The notes below the pieces were generated by a model. That model had not been told where the DNA came from. It did not search any database and worked only from the letters and a program-made list of their open reading frames with translations. A DNA stretch of 64,000 nucleotides from Halarcobacter sp. (lineage in GTDB: Bacteria; Campylobacterota; Campylobacteria; Campylobacterales; Arcobacteraceae): positions 384,001 to 448,000 of the forward strand of contig CP182352.1 in assembly GCA_048571215.1 (NCBI GenBank), read 5' to 3'. Position numbers and translations under genes: made by a program. Each line of letters opens with the position of its first letter. The stretch's first letter is position 1. Below, one piece after another: positions 51,627 through 62,524 of the stretch.

Positions 51627-53627
51627 CTAATCTATAGGTATAACAGGATTTAATCCTGCAGTAATATGTAAAAAGTGTCTGTGTTTTTCAAATTGATCAA
51701 TAATATCATTTGCAACAACATCCATCTCATACCCATAAATATCATAGGCTTTATTACCATCTTGTAAATAAACCTCTGCTCTAGCATATTTCTTTTGTTC
51801 ATGAGTAGGATTAACTATCTCAGGAAAAGCATATGTAGGGGTATCATATCTACTGAATCTTACTTCATAAATAAAGTCTAAATCACCATTGTGTTCTACT
51901 GTTAAAACAGAAACACTTTTCTCTTTATTATTGGTAACTTCTACATTCCATCCATGTCTTTCAAGCTCTTCTTCTACAGTTTTCATGGCAGTAATTACAT
52001 CCTCATTGATGTATCTTCGTGTCTCTTCTGGTGGTGGAAATTCAATAAGTCTTGAAAGTCTATTTTGCCAAGTCCCAGATATTTTTCCATGTCGTCCTGC
52101 ATTCATATGATGTTGAAGTGACTCATATCTTATAGATTCCAAATGTAAGGCTTTATAAAGTCCCCAACACGCAATAAGCATAATAATAGCAAAGGGTAAA
52201 GCAATAACAATAGAGGCTGCTTGTAAGGCTGCTAATCCACCAGCTATTAGTAATGCTGCTGCAACTACACCTTCAAGTAGTGCCCAAAATATTCTTTGCC
52301 ATACCGGATTATTTTCTCTTCCTCCACTTGAAATAGTATCAACTACCAATGAACCTGAATCTGAAGAAGTTACAAAGAAAGTAACAACTAAGATAATAGC
52401 AAGGATTGAAACAATACCAGAAAAAGGAAAGTGTTCTAAAAATTTAAATAAAGCAGTTGCAACATCTGCTGATACAGCTGAACCTAGATTTGTAAATCCC
52501 TCTTTCATAATTGCATGTAGTGCACTGTTTCCAAAAACTGTCATCCAAACTAAAGTAAATCCAACAGGAACAAATAACACTCCAAGAACAAACTCTCTTA
52601 TGGTTCTACCTCGTGAAACCCTTGCAATAAACATCCCTACAAAAGGTGCCCAAGCAATCCACCAAGCCCAATAGAAAAATGTCCACCAGCCCATCCATTG
52701 TGTATCTAGATAAATGTATTGGTTGAAAGTCATTTGTACAACATGTGATAAGTAATTTCCTATATTTTGAACTAAAGCTCCAAGTAAGAAAAAGCTTGGA
52801 CCTGCTATAAATACAAATAAAACAAGTGCTATTGCAAGATAAAGGTTTAGTTCAGATAAACGTTTGATCCCTCCATCAAGTCCTAAAACAACAGAAACTG
52901 TTGCCATAGTTGTAATAATAGCAATCAAAATAATTTGTGTGGTAAGCCCAACAGGGATATCGAAAATATAATTAAGTCCTGCATTTACCTGTAATACTCC
53001 TAGTCCCAATGAAGTTGCAACCCCAAAAATAGTTCCAAGTATTGCAACTGTATCAACACTATGTCCTATTTTTCCATAAATCTTGTCACCTATCATAGGA
53101 TAAAGTGCTGATCTAATAGAAAGGGGTAATCCATGTCTAAAAGAAAAATATGCTAGGACTAAACCAACAACAGCATAAATTGCCCAAGCGTGTAATCCCC
53201 AGTGAAAAAAAGTAATCCTCATAGCTTGTTTAGCAGCTTCAATTGTTTCTTTATCACCCACAGGAGGTGCACCATAGTGCATAACAGGTTCTGCTACACC
53301 CCAGAACATAAGTCCAATTCCCATACCAGCACTAAAAAGCATGGCAAACCATGAAAGATTACTATAAGCTGGCTTTGATTGGTCAGGTCCAAGTTTAAAT
53401 CGTCCAAAGGGAGAAATTGCTAAAGATATCACAAATATAGTGAAAATTCCAACGCTTAACATATAAAGCCAACCAAATTTATCGGCTATAAATTGTTTCA
53501 TACCATTAAAAGTTTCACCTGCTATTTGAGGCATTGTTATTGCAAATATCACAAGTATTACAATAATTGCAACAGATGGATAAAAAACAGGTTTTAAAAT
53601 AGTTGATTTTTTTTTCTTGTTTTCCAT
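51627..53627 (-). CDS. betT: BCCT-family choline/glycine-betaine transporter with long C-terminal domain
   Basis: WFAMLFSAGMGIGLMFWGVAEP, WTFFYWAWW, RGRTIREF. Confidence 0.93.
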   Translation of the reverse strand: MENKKKKSTILKPVFYPSVAIIVILVIFAITMPQIAGETFNGMKQFIADKFGWLYMLSVGIFTIFVISLAISPFGRFKLGPDQSKPAYSNLSWFAMLFSAGMGIGLMFWGVAEPVMHYGAPPVGDKETIEAAKQAMRITFFHWGLHAWAIYAVVGLVLAYFSFRHGLPLSIRSALYPMIGDKIYGKIGHSVDTVAILGTIFGVATSLGLGVLQVNAGLNYIFDIPVGLTTQIILIAIITTMATVSVVLGLDGGIKRLSELNLYLAIALVLFVFIAGPSFFLLGALVQNIGNYLSHVVQMTFNQYIYLDTQWMGWWTFFYWAWWIAWAPFVGMFIARVSRGRTIREFVLGVLFVPVGFTLVWMTVFGNSALHAIMKEGFTNLGSAVSADVATALFKFLEHFPFSGIVSILAIILVVTFFVTSSDSGSLVVDTISSGGRENNPVWQRIFWALLEGVVAAALLIAGGLAALQAASIVIALPFAIIMLIACWGLYKALHLESIRYESLQHHMNAGRHGKISGTWQNRLSRLIEFPPPEETRRYINEDVITAMKTVEEELERHGWNVEVTNNKEKSVSVLTVEHNGDLDFIYEVRFSRYDTPTYAFPEIVNPTHEQKKYARAEVYLQDGNKAYDIYGYEMDVVANDIIDQFEKHRHFLHITAGLNPVIPID

Positions 53628-53776
53628 AATTCTCCTTCAATTAGTACCTATTATATCAAGATGTCCCAAAAAACAGCTTTACTGCAAAAAACCTAAGATT
53701 TAAAGTGTATTTTGTTATACCTATCAGTTATATCATTTTTGTTATAATTCAAAATCTTAAGTACAAGGTAAATAAT

Positions 53777-54697
53777 ATGAGTATGCTAGTAATCACAAAA
53801 GAAAAAGGTATAGAGTCTTGGATAGAAAGTTTAAAAAAACTAAACCCAAATATTGATATTGAAGTCTATCCCAATGAAAAAGATAAAGATAAAATCACTT
53901 TAGCACTTGTTTGGTCAAAACTTGATATAGATTTTAAAGAGTACAAAAATCTAAAAACAATCTCTTCAATGGGAGCAGGGGTAGACCATATTTTAGAGAA
54001 TAAAACAATAGCCAAAGATGTATATATTACGAAAATAGTTGATGAAAAACTTGTCTCTTCTATGTGGGAATATCTTTTATGTACAGTATTAAATATAGTT
54101 ACAAATCATTATAAATATATATCTCAACAAAAAGAAATAAAATGGGAGCAGTTACAGTTAAATTCAGTTAGTGATTACACTATTGGAGTTTTAGGTTTAG
54201 GACAATTAGGAAGTGAAGTTGCAAAAAGATTCAATGGGTTTGGATTTAAAGTAAAAGGATACTCAAATTCAAAAAAAGATTTTAAAGATATAGAAACTTT
54301 TACAAATCTTGATGAGTTTTCAGTTGATGTAGATATTTTGATAAACCTTCTTCCTCTAACTAAAGATACAAAAGGTATTTTAAATAAACAGTTGTTTTAT
54401 AAGTTAAATAAAAATGCTTATGTTATAAATGTAGGAAGAGGTCAACATCTTGTGGAAGAAGATTTATTAGAAGTTCTTGATAAAAACCACTTAAGTGGTG
54501 CAATACTTGATGTTTTTGAAAAAGAGCCTTTATCAAATGAGAGTTTATTTTGGACTCACCCAAATATAATTGTTACTCCTCATAGTGCTTCTTTAACAGA
54601 CCCAAATTCAGTTGCAAAACAAATTGTAAATAATTATGAAAGAATAAATGCTAATTTAATTCCTTTAAATACTATAGATAGAAATAAAGGTTATTAA
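53777..54697 (+). CDS. D-2-hydroxyacid dehydrogenase (GhrA-like)
   Basis: GAGVD, GLGQLG, NVGRG, LDVF..EPL, TPH. Confidence 0.9.
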   Translation: MSMLVITKEKGIESWIESLKKLNPNIDIEVYPNEKDKDKITLALVWSKLDIDFKEYKNLKTISSMGAGVDHILENKTIAKDVYITKIVDEKLVSSMWEYLLCTVLNIVTNHYKYISQQKEIKWEQLQLNSVSDYTIGVLGLGQLGSEVAKRFNGFGFKVKGYSNSKKDFKDIETFTNLDEFSVDVDILINLLPLTKDTKGILNKQLFYKLNKNAYVINVGRGQHLVEEDLLEVLDKNHLSGAILDVFEKEPLSNESLFWTHPNIIVTPHSASLTDPNSVAKQIVNNYERINANLIPLNTIDRNKGY

Positions 54698-54838
54698 ATA
54701 GATAAATAAAAACATTAGAACTATAAATTAAAAATATAAAGTGATTGGGATAAGAATGGTGTAGAAAAAAAGTAAATTAAGCTAACAATTGTAATCTATA
54801 GCACAAATCTTGCATATATAAAACAAAAGGGACAAAAC

Positions 54839-55357
54839 ATGCTTGATAATAAACAATATTTAGAGGAAGAATTTATTATTTGGAATAATAAACTTGGTAT
54901 TCGTGACTTTGTAACTATAGGTGAAATAGATTCTAAAAAAAATCAAGCTTGGCTAGATGAACCTTATGAAATGGTTGGTCCTTTTTGTTTGGAAGAGCTT
55001 TTTTTAAAAGGACAGATATCTTTTGAAGCTTGCAGTGTTATGTCTTTGAAGTATTGGAATACAAATCAAAATAGATTATCTAATGAGGCTTTTGAAAACC
55101 AATTTATATCTCAAAAACAATTTCAAAAAGATATAAACAATCACAATAAAAAAAGAAAAAAGATTCAGGAAAATTTAGAACAAACTAGCGAAAAAGTACA
55201 TAGAGAATTGTTGTGTTTGCCTCTTCATGGTATTTTAGAAGCTTCACAAATAAAGGCTGCTTTTAAAAAAATAGCTAAAACAGCCCATCCAGATGTTGGT
55301 GGAAGTCATGAGTTATTTGTTGAGATTACAAATGCAAAAGATAGTTTGCTTAAGTAG
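54839..55357 (+). CDS. Protein with C-terminal J domain
   Basis: IKAAFKKIAKTAHPDVGG. Confidence 0.85.
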   Translation: MLDNKQYLEEEFIIWNNKLGIRDFVTIGEIDSKKNQAWLDEPYEMVGPFCLEELFLKGQISFEACSVMSLKYWNTNQNRLSNEAFENQFISQKQFQKDINNHNKKRKKIQENLEQTSEKVHRELLCLPLHGILEASQIKAAFKKIAKTAHPDVGGSHELFVEITNAKDSLLK

Positions 55358-55407
55358 TTTTAATGTTTTTATTTTGCAATATTTAAATACACAAATCAAA
55401 TTTCAAT

Positions 55408-56169
55408 CTAATATCTTTTTAATTCTTCACTTACTTTTTTATACCCCTCTTGCAAAACAAAATCAAAACTTTTAAAATCAAATAACCTTACTTCTGAAAT
55501 GCTATCTATATTTATAAAATAGTCTGCTCTTTTTTTAGCTCTTCTCATTGCACTTTGGGTCAATATAAACAATGACCTTCTATGTAATACATCTTTTTTA
55601 TATGAAAATTTTTTTGGTAAATTATTTACATTTACACTGATGTTTGGGTATTTCATTTTTGATAAATTCTTATTTGGTAAGTTATCACTATAACCACCAT
55701 CTACATAGTGTTTATTAATTATCTCTACAGCTGGAAAATATGGTAAAAGACTACATGAGGCAATGGTTGATTTTACTAAATCATTTTTTGAATGGTATTC
55801 TGCTTTTCCCGTTTCTATATTTGTTACACATATCTCTATAGGTATTTTTAATTCTCTGTCTTTGATAAAGTCTTTTAATTTTTTTTCTATTTTATTTAGG
55901 CTAAGAATTGATTTAAATCTAAATCTAAAACTAAACAAATCCCATTTATTTATAGTAAAAAAGAACTCTTCTATCTCTTTTATTGTAAAACCATATGCGT
56001 AAAGCAAAGCTATAATAGCTCCCCCACTAGTTCCAGATATCTTCTTTATACTATAATTGTTTTCTTCTAAGTACTTAATCACCCCAAGTGAAGCAGCAGT
56101 TCTTATTCCTCCACCAGATAGTGTTAATGTAATATTTTTACTCTTTAAATTCTTTTGCTCTTTTGCCAT
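55408..56169 (-). CDS. Patatin-like phospholipase
   Basis: LSGGGIR, GTSGG, DGG. Confidence 0.93.
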   Translation of the reverse strand: MAKEQKNLKSKNITLTLSGGGIRTAASLGVIKYLEENNYSIKKISGTSGGAIIALLYAYGFTIKEIEEFFFTINKWDLFSFRFRFKSILSLNKIEKKLKDFIKDRELKIPIEICVTNIETGKAEYHSKNDLVKSTIASCSLLPYFPAVEIINKHYVDGGYSDNLPNKNLSKMKYPNISVNVNNLPKKFSYKKDVLHRRSLFILTQSAMRRAKKRADYFINIDSISEVRLFDFKSFDFVLQEGYKKVSEELKRY

Positions 56170-56375
56170 TTTTACTTATCTTGTTGAATTCTTGTTAATT
56201 ATATTTAATTGTATCTAAATCTACAAATTAGAAAGCAATAATTAATAAAGTTAAATAAATAGACTATTAGAAAAAGCTTTCATAAAGGGCTATTAAACAA
56301 TCATTAAGCAGTTTAAATGTTAAATGAAGATAACCTATTAATATAATAGATATATTTAATTAAAAGGACAATGCC

Positions 56376-57179
56376 ATGCACTTGCAAACTAGTTGTGAAA
56401 TGAGATTTGATATTACAGTACCTACACCTTTTATTCTGATGTTAAGAATGCGTAGTGGTGCTCAACAATGGGTGATGCGTGAGGAGTATAGACTCAAACC
56501 ACACACTTCAGTTTTTGAGTTTACAGATGGTTATGGTAATCTTTGTCAACGATTAATTGCACCTGTTGGTCCTTTTAGTATTTATACTGCAGCTGATGTG
56601 ATAACTTCTGATGGAGTTGATCAATCTTTTGGTGCTCCCTTTGTTGAGATTCAAAATCTACCAGATGGGGTTCTTAATTATTTATTACCTAGTAGATATT
56701 GTGAATCTGACAGATTTGGTCAGATGGCATCATCTATTGTAAGTGGTTATAATATGGGTTATGATCAAGTAAAAGCTATAGAGAATTGGTTGCGTGATTC
56801 TATCCGTTTTGAACCAAATAGTAGTGATATACCAGTATCTGCTGTAGAGGTTAATTTAAGAGGTTCTGGAGTTTGTCGTGACTTGGCACATTTAGGAATA
56901 GCTCTATGTAGAAGCCTTAGTATTCCAGCACGATTAGTTGTAGGTTATTTATATGAACTTGAACCTATGGATTTACATGCTTGGTTTGAAGCTTATGTTG
57001 GGGGTCGTTGGTATACTTTTGATGCAACACAAAGTGAATTAAAAGGTGGATATGTAGTGATTGGTTATGGTAGAGATGCTGCTGATGTAGCTATTTATAA
57101 TCAGTTTGGTCCTAGTGTATATCCCATTTACAAAGATATTCAAGTGAAGCTTATTGATGAGAATGAAGAACAAAAATAA
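56376..57179 (+). CDS. Transglutaminase-like protein
   Basis: [28 protein letters not shown]. Confidence 0.92.
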   Translation: MHLQTSCEMRFDITVPTPFILMLRMRSGAQQWVMREEYRLKPHTSVFEFTDGYGNLCQRLIAPVGPFSIYTAADVITSDGVDQSFGAPFVEIQNLPDGVLNYLLPSRYCESDRFGQMASSIVSGYNMGYDQVKAIENWLRDSIRFEPNSSDIPVSAVEVNLRGSGVCRDLAHLGIALCRSLSIPARLVVGYLYELEPMDLHAWFEAYVGGRWYTFDATQSELKGGYVVIGYGRDAADVAIYNQFGPSVYPIYKDIQVKLIDENEEQK

Positions 57180-57199
57180 GCATATCTAAGATACACCTT

Positions 57200-58108
57200 T
57201 TATTTTAATTCAAAAGGTGTTTCTTGATATACAAAATAGTTAAGCCAATTTGCAAATAGTAGATGGGCTGATGAACGCCATTTTACTTTTGGCTCTTTTG
57301 TTACATCATCATTTTTAAAATAGTTTTTAGGAATATCTACTTCAAGATTTTTTTCAACATCTCTAAAATACTCTTTTTGTAAAGAATCATAATCATATTC
57401 CAAATGACCACTCATAAAAACATGTTTTCTATTTTTTGAAGCTACTAAACATACCCCTGACTCTTCCGAATAAAGTAATAATTCTAAGTCATCAACTTTA
57501 TCTATATCCTCTTTTAAAACTGTTGTATATCTTGAGTGGGGAATATATGCTTCATCATCAAATCCTCTAAGTAGTGGGTTAGTTTTATTGAAAAGGTCAT
57601 GTTCAAAAACACCAAATGTTTTTTTATCTTGCTCATATTTTGGTATTTTATGATGATAATATAAACCAGCTTGTGAACCCCAGCATATGTGAAGAGTTGA
57701 GGTTACATTAGAATTTGAAAACTCCATTATTTGTGTTAACTCATCCCAATAAGAAACCTCTTCAAAAGGCATTGTTTCTATTGGTGCACCTGTGATTATT
57801 AGTCCATCAAAGGTATGTTCTTTTATCTCATCAAAGGTCTTATAAAAACTTTCTAAGTGATCTTCAGATGTATTCTTAGATTGGTATGTTGCTGTTTTTA
57901 AAAGAGTAATCTCTGTTTGTAATGGGGTATTACCTAATAGTCTTAATAGTTGTGTTTCTGTTTCTATTTTATTTGGCATTAAATTTAAAATTATAATTTT
58001 TAAAGGTCTAATATCTTGATGTCTTGCTCTAGTGTCATTCATCACAAAAATATTTTCTTGTTGTAAAATATCAACTGCGGGTAGTTTTTTTGGGATAACT
58101 ATTGGCAT
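57200..58108 (-). CDS. metA: Homoserine O-acyltransferase (MetA family, likely acetyltransferase)
   Basis: LNLMP, ITGAPIE (Glu at the acyl-specificity position), HICWG, PHSR, GHLEY. Confidence 0.95.
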   Translation of the reverse strand: MPIVIPKKLPAVDILQQENIFVMNDTRARHQDIRPLKIIILNLMPNKIETETQLLRLLGNTPLQTEITLLKTATYQSKNTSEDHLESFYKTFDEIKEHTFDGLIITGAPIETMPFEEVSYWDELTQIMEFSNSNVTSTLHICWGSQAGLYYHHKIPKYEQDKKTFGVFEHDLFNKTNPLLRGFDDEAYIPHSRYTTVLKEDIDKVDDLELLLYSEESGVCLVASKNRKHVFMSGHLEYDYDSLQKEYFRDVEKNLEVDIPKNYFKNDDVTKEPKVKWRSSAHLLFANWLNYFVYQETPFELK

Positions 58109-58160
58109 ATTATCTCCTTGAATTTTTGAAAGATTATATCATTTATTAATAAAAGTTTAG

Positions 58161-58203
58161 ATTTAAAGCCGTAGGAAAGGAAGAGAGAAGTACGGCTTTA
58201 AAT
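58161..58203 (-). terminator. 13-bp perfect hairpin with a C/U-rich loop; probable 3' end of a small RNA
   Basis: ATTTAAAGCCGTA / TACGGCTTTAAAT flanking a 17-nt purine-only tract. Confidence 0.65.
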
Positions 58204-58385
58204 ACACATGATTAATACTAAACTGTAAAAATACTAATCAAATAAATCAAATTCATTTAGTACATGAGTCCAAAATGTAACTATATGAGAGAAATTATTA
58301 TATAGTGAGCATATGACAATAACATGAGATTTTTCTATTTTTATATGTGATTGGCTATAATTTAACAAATATGAAAGAATGAGAT

Positions 58386-59039
58386 ATGAATAAAAAAGAT
58401 TTTAAAAAATTTATAAAAAATTTACCATTAAATATAAATGTTATGGGGAGAGATAGATATTTTAACTCTGCTGTATTAGTTCCTTTGATAAAAATAGAAA
58501 AAGAGTATTATCTATTATTTCAAAAAAGGGCAGCTCACATTAGGCAAGGTGGTGATATCTGTTTCCCTGGTGGTGGTTATGAAGATTGTGATAAATCTTT
58601 TAAGCATACAGCCTTAAGGGAGACCAAAGAGGAGTTGGGGATTAAGAAAAAAGATATAAAGATTCTAGGACAACTTGATACTTATGTGGCTCCAATTGGT
58701 GCAGTTATAGAAACCTTTGTGGGAGTAGTTAAAAAAGAAGCATATGAAAATATGAAAGTAGATAAAAATGAAGTTGAAAAGACTTTATTGATTCCTATGA
58801 AGTTTTTTAAAGAGCATGAGCCAGAAGTTTACACCTTGAAATATGAAGTTCATCCATATACTATAAATGATGAAGGGGAAAAAGAGGTACATTTTCCTGT
58901 TGAAAAGTTGGGTTTGCCAAAAACTTATCATAAACCTTGGGGTCACAAAAGACACAAGGTTTGGGTATATAAATATGAAGATGAAATCATATGGGGTATT
59001 ACAGCAGTTATAATAAATGATCTTCTAAAAAAATATTAG
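58386..59039 (+). CDS. Nudix hydrolase, CoA pyrophosphatase-like
   Basis: SAVLVPL, ICFPGG..ALRETKEELG, IWGITA. Confidence 0.92.
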   Translation: MNKKDFKKFIKNLPLNINVMGRDRYFNSAVLVPLIKIEKEYYLLFQKRAAHIRQGGDICFPGGGYEDCDKSFKHTALRETKEELGIKKKDIKILGQLDTYVAPIGAVIETFVGVVKKEAYENMKVDKNEVEKTLLIPMKFFKEHEPEVYTLKYEVHPYTINDEGEKEVHFPVEKLGLPKTYHKPWGHKRHKVWVYKYEDEIIWGITAVIINDLLKKY

Positions 59040-59380
59040 ATGGTCATTACACTATAACTTTCATCCTTTAAAGCTTTTGTTAAAAGCTCACCTGTATGGT
59101 TAATCTCTATATTTAGTTTTTCAAGAGTTTCAATCAAGTTGTAATCTTCAACACAAACAATACAAGCACTCATCTCTACCCCTGTTTGTTGTATCTCTAA
59201 GATTTTATCTTGTATTTGAGTATTTTCTCCTAAAAGTTTTATTGATGGACCCCAAAACATTAAATGGCAAGTTTTCCAATACTCTCTTTGCAAAACAACA
59301 GAGGAGTATAAAAGTGGGAACTTTGTAGCAACATCAAAATCACCACTACTTAAAACTATTAGTAAATTTTCTTTAGACAT
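59036..59380 (-). CDS. DsrE-family protein
   Basis: LMFWGPS, ACIVC. Confidence 0.8.
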   Translation of the reverse strand: MSKENLLIVLSSGDFDVATKFPLLYSSVVLQREYWKTCHLMFWGPSIKLLGENTQIQDKILEIQQTGVEMSACIVCVEDYNLIETLEKLNIEINHTGELLTKALKDESYSVMTI

Positions 59381-59430
59381 TTTATTACCTTTATTGTATG
59401 ATACAAATTATATTAAACTGAGGAATTATA

Positions 59431-60045
59431 GTGAATTCAATAATAATAAACAATAAAAAAATATACCCATCAAAGGTTGTTTGTATAGGGAGAAACTATA
59501 CAGAACATATTGCAGAGTTAAACAATGAGACACCAGAAGAAGCTGTGTTCTTTTTTAAACCAAACTCATCAGTTAGTGAAGATTTGATCTTTCCAAAGGG
59601 TGCAAGTAGTTGCCATTATGAAGCTGAAATCTCGTTTTTAATAGAAGAAAATAAGATAAGTGCAGTTGGATTTGGTCTTGATTTAACCCTAAGAGAGGTA
59701 CAAAGTAAATTAAAGAAAAAAGGTCTACCTTGGGAGAGAGCAAAAGCTTTTAATAATGCTGCTGTCTTTTCTAAGTTTGTTAGTTTTACAGAAGATACCT
59801 CAAATTTAGAGCTTGAATTATATATAAATGGAGAACTTAAGCAAAAAGGTGGTGTATCTTTGATGATAAATAAACCCCAAGAGATTATTGAGGAGTTATT
59901 AACTTTTTCAAGTTTTGAGGATGGCGATGTTTTGATGACTGGTACTCCAAAAGGGGTAGGGGAATTTAAACTTGGAGATGTTTTTATAGGTAAAATTTTA
60001 TATAACAATAAAGTTTTATGTGAAAAAAGGTTTGAAGTTCTTTAA
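59431..60045 (+). CDS. Fumarylacetoacetate hydrolase family protein
   Basis: CIGRNY, HYEAE, GLDLTLR, PWERAK, TGTPKGVG. Confidence 0.93.
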   Translation: MNSIIINNKKIYPSKVVCIGRNYTEHIAELNNETPEEAVFFFKPNSSVSEDLIFPKGASSCHYEAEISFLIEENKISAVGFGLDLTLREVQSKLKKKGLPWERAKAFNNAAVFSKFVSFTEDTSNLELELYINGELKQKGGVSLMINKPQEIIEELLTFSSFEDGDVLMTGTPKGVGEFKLGDVFIGKILYNNKVLCEKRFEVL

Positions 60046-60128
60046 AGTAAAAACTTATATTTTAAATTAATAGTTAGTTTTTTTTCTTTGGCTAAAATTC
60101 TTTTATATTTAGTAGCCAAGAGGGGAAA

Positions 60129-60983
60129 ATGGATTATAAAGAATTAACACCAGAAGAGATATATGTTATAGAAAAAAAAGGTACAGAAAGACCATATTCT
60201 GGGAAATATAATGATTTTTATAAAAAAGGTATATATAGATGTAAAAAGTGTAATGCACCTTTATATAAATCAGACGCAAAATTCAAATCAGAGTGTGGCT
60301 GGCCAAGTTTTGATGACGAAATAGAAGGTGCTGTTAAAAGAGTACCCGATAGAGATGGAAGAAGAGAAGAGATAATTTGTGCAAATTGTAATGGACATTT
60401 AGGACATGTTTTTGAGGGTGAACAGTTTACACCTAAAAATACAAGACATTGTGTAAACTCAATTTCACTTAAATTTGAAAGTGAAGATAAATCTTGTAAA
60501 GACCATGCCGTAGCATATTTCGCTGCTGGTTGTTTTTGGGGAGTTGAATACTATTTTAAAGAAGTAGAGGGTATCTACTCTGTAGTTTCAGGTTATATGG
60601 GTGGTCATATTGAAAATCCTACATATTCAATGGTATGTTCGGGAAGTACAGGTCATTTGGAAGCGATAAAAGTTGAATTTGATGAGTGTCAAGTTCCATA
60701 TGAAGATTTACTTAAATTATTTTTTGAAATCCATGATTTTACACAAACAAATGGTCAAGGGCCTGATATAGGTTCCCAATATCTTTCTGCGATATTTTAT
60801 TTAGATGAAAAACAAAAAAATAAAGCTTTAGAATTGATAGATAAATTAGAAGATTTAAACTATAAAGTAGCTACTTCTTTACATGAAGCTTCAAAATTCT
60901 ATGAGGCAGAAGATTACCATCAAGATTATTATGAAAAGACAGGCAAAACTCCATATTGCCATACAAGAAAGAAAATATTCTAA
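60129..60983 (+). CDS. msrAB: Bifunctional methionine sulfoxide reductase MsrB-MsrA
   Basis: GTERPY, GWPSF, GHLGHVF, RHCVNS (MsrB); GCFWG, EAEDYHQDY (MsrA). Confidence 0.95.
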   Translation: MDYKELTPEEIYVIEKKGTERPYSGKYNDFYKKGIYRCKKCNAPLYKSDAKFKSECGWPSFDDEIEGAVKRVPDRDGRREEIICANCNGHLGHVFEGEQFTPKNTRHCVNSISLKFESEDKSCKDHAVAYFAAGCFWGVEYYFKEVEGIYSVVSGYMGGHIENPTYSMVCSGSTGHLEAIKVEFDECQVPYEDLLKLFFEIHDFTQTNGQGPDIGSQYLSAIFYLDEKQKNKALELIDKLEDLNYKVATSLHEASKFYEAEDYHQDYYEKTGKTPYCHTRKKIF

Positions 60984-61003
60984 TCATTCAATTAACCTAA
61001 AGG

Positions 61004-61720
61004 TTAATTGAGATAATAATTAAAAGGTATTGTTAATATCACATCTTTTTGGGGAGCTTCAAACTCTCTTGAAGCTTTTTTTAGTATATCTATACTATTT
61101 TGATTTAATATATCAAATTCAGATTTTTCCATTATTTTTATATCTTTTAGTTTCCCATCTTTTGTGATTATACACCAAATTATAACTCTACCTTCCATCC
61201 CTCTTTTTTTTGCTTGGTATGGATAGTTTTTATATTTTTTTATTGCTGCTATTATATGTGCTAAATTGTTTTTGATATATTTTTGTTGATAATTTTCTCC
61301 ACTTTTTATACGTTTTTTACTTTCATCTTTTTTGAGTGTATTGTTTTTTTCTACTTTTTGAAGCTCTTTTTTAATCTCTTTCTTTGGTGGTTTTATTTCA
61401 TCTTTTATTTGTTTGGGTATTTTCTTTTCTGGTTTTACTTTTTTAATCACTTTTTTTATAATTTTTTTCTTTTTTTTAGGTTTTTGGATTTTTTTTATTG
61501 TTTTAGGTTTTTTTTCGATTTGTTTTTTTTGCTCTTTTGTATTTGTTTGTTGTTTTTTTTCAGTTTGTTTTTTTATTTGTGTTATCTCGTTTACCATATT
61601 CATATTTAGAACAATAATCTCTTTTTTTTTCTCCTTAAAAGTTTCAAAATTGATTATTGTTGCAAATACAGATACATGGATTAATAAGGAGATTATAAAA
61701 GCTTTAAAAGAGTAGGTCAT
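61004..61720 (-). CDS. tonB: Energy transducer TonB
   Basis: TM with SxxxH, Lys/Pro-rich linker, YPYQAKKRGMEG. Confidence 0.92.
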   Translation of the reverse strand: MTYSFKAFIISLLIHVSVFATIINFETFKEKKKEIIVLNMNMVNEITQIKKQTEKKQQTNTKEQKKQIEKKPKTIKKIQKPKKKKKIIKKVIKKVKPEKKIPKQIKDEIKPPKKEIKKELQKVEKNNTLKKDESKKRIKSGENYQQKYIKNNLAHIIAAIKKYKNYPYQAKKRGMEGRVIIWCIITKDGKLKDIKIMEKSEFDILNQNSIDILKKASREFEAPQKDVILTIPFNYYLN

Positions 61721-62097
61721 CTTTTTAGTTCCGTTACTATTGATATTTTTTCAAGTTTCAACTCTTTGAAGATATCAATTACTTGAACAAAAGTTTTAAA
61801 AGGTGTATTTTCATCCGCTCTTAAAGAGATGTTTGTTTCTTTTGATAAAGCGGATAAAATTTCTTTTAGATTATCAAGTTTTATAGGGGTTTTGTCAAAA
61901 GTTATATTTCCTTTTGCATCAATAACTAACTCTTTTAACTTCAGGTTTTTTTGTTCTGTTGTAGTTGACTTTGGCAAAGTTAATTCAACACGACCTTGTG
62001 CAATAAATGTTGAAAAAGTTAAAATAATTGCTAATAAAACTAACATAATATCTATAAATGGGATTACATTCATAGAGTCAAATTTTTTAATTCTCAT
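61717..62097 (-). CDS. exbD: ExbD
   Basis: NVIPFIDIMLVLL. Confidence 0.94.
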   Translation of the reverse strand: MRIKKFDSMNVIPFIDIMLVLLAIILTFSTFIAQGRVELTLPKSTTTEQKNLKLKELVIDAKGNITFDKTPIKLDNLKEILSALSKETNISLRADENTPFKTFVQVIDIFKELKLEKISIVTELKR

Positions 62098-62515
62098 TTA
62101 AATCTTCCCATTTAGTCATTAGAACTTCCACTTTTCTTGCAAGACCATTATAAATAACAGTTGCAAAAATAGCAACCAAAATACCTATAGCAGTGGCTTT
62201 TAAAGCCAAAGCCAATCCTAGCATTACACTACTTGTATCAAAATTTGAGTTTTCAGATATTTTATAAAAAGTTATCATGATTCCACATACTGTACCAAAT
62301 AGACCTATATAAGGAGCATTTGATGCTATTGTTGAAATAGTAGTGAGATTGTTTGTCAAACTATTTTCTAATTCACCTTTTTTCTCAAATTTAGCAAGAT
62401 TGATTTTAGATAGGAAAAAATATCTTTCAAGGGCAAACCATAATGTTAAAAAACTCATAAATGCCAAAAGTCCTATTATGCTGTATTCAATATAGAATTT
62501 AATTGTATCAATCAT
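62087..62515 (-). CDS. exbB: ExbB
   Basis: APYIGLFGTV, ALKATAIG. Confidence 0.94.
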   Translation of the reverse strand: MIDTIKFYIEYSIIGLLAFMSFLTLWFALERYFFLSKINLAKFEKKGELENSLTNNLTTISTIASNAPYIGLFGTVCGIMITFYKISENSNFDTSSVMLGLALALKATAIGILVAIFATVIYNGLARKVEVLMTKWEDLNEN

Positions 62516-62524
62516 CCATCAATC

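Noticed and set aside
60129..60983. MsrB-before-MsrA fusion order
   Set aside because: Known arrangement; not novel.
61283..62101. Phe-rich plus-strand ORFs
   Set aside because: Antisense shadows of Lys-rich tonB and exbD.
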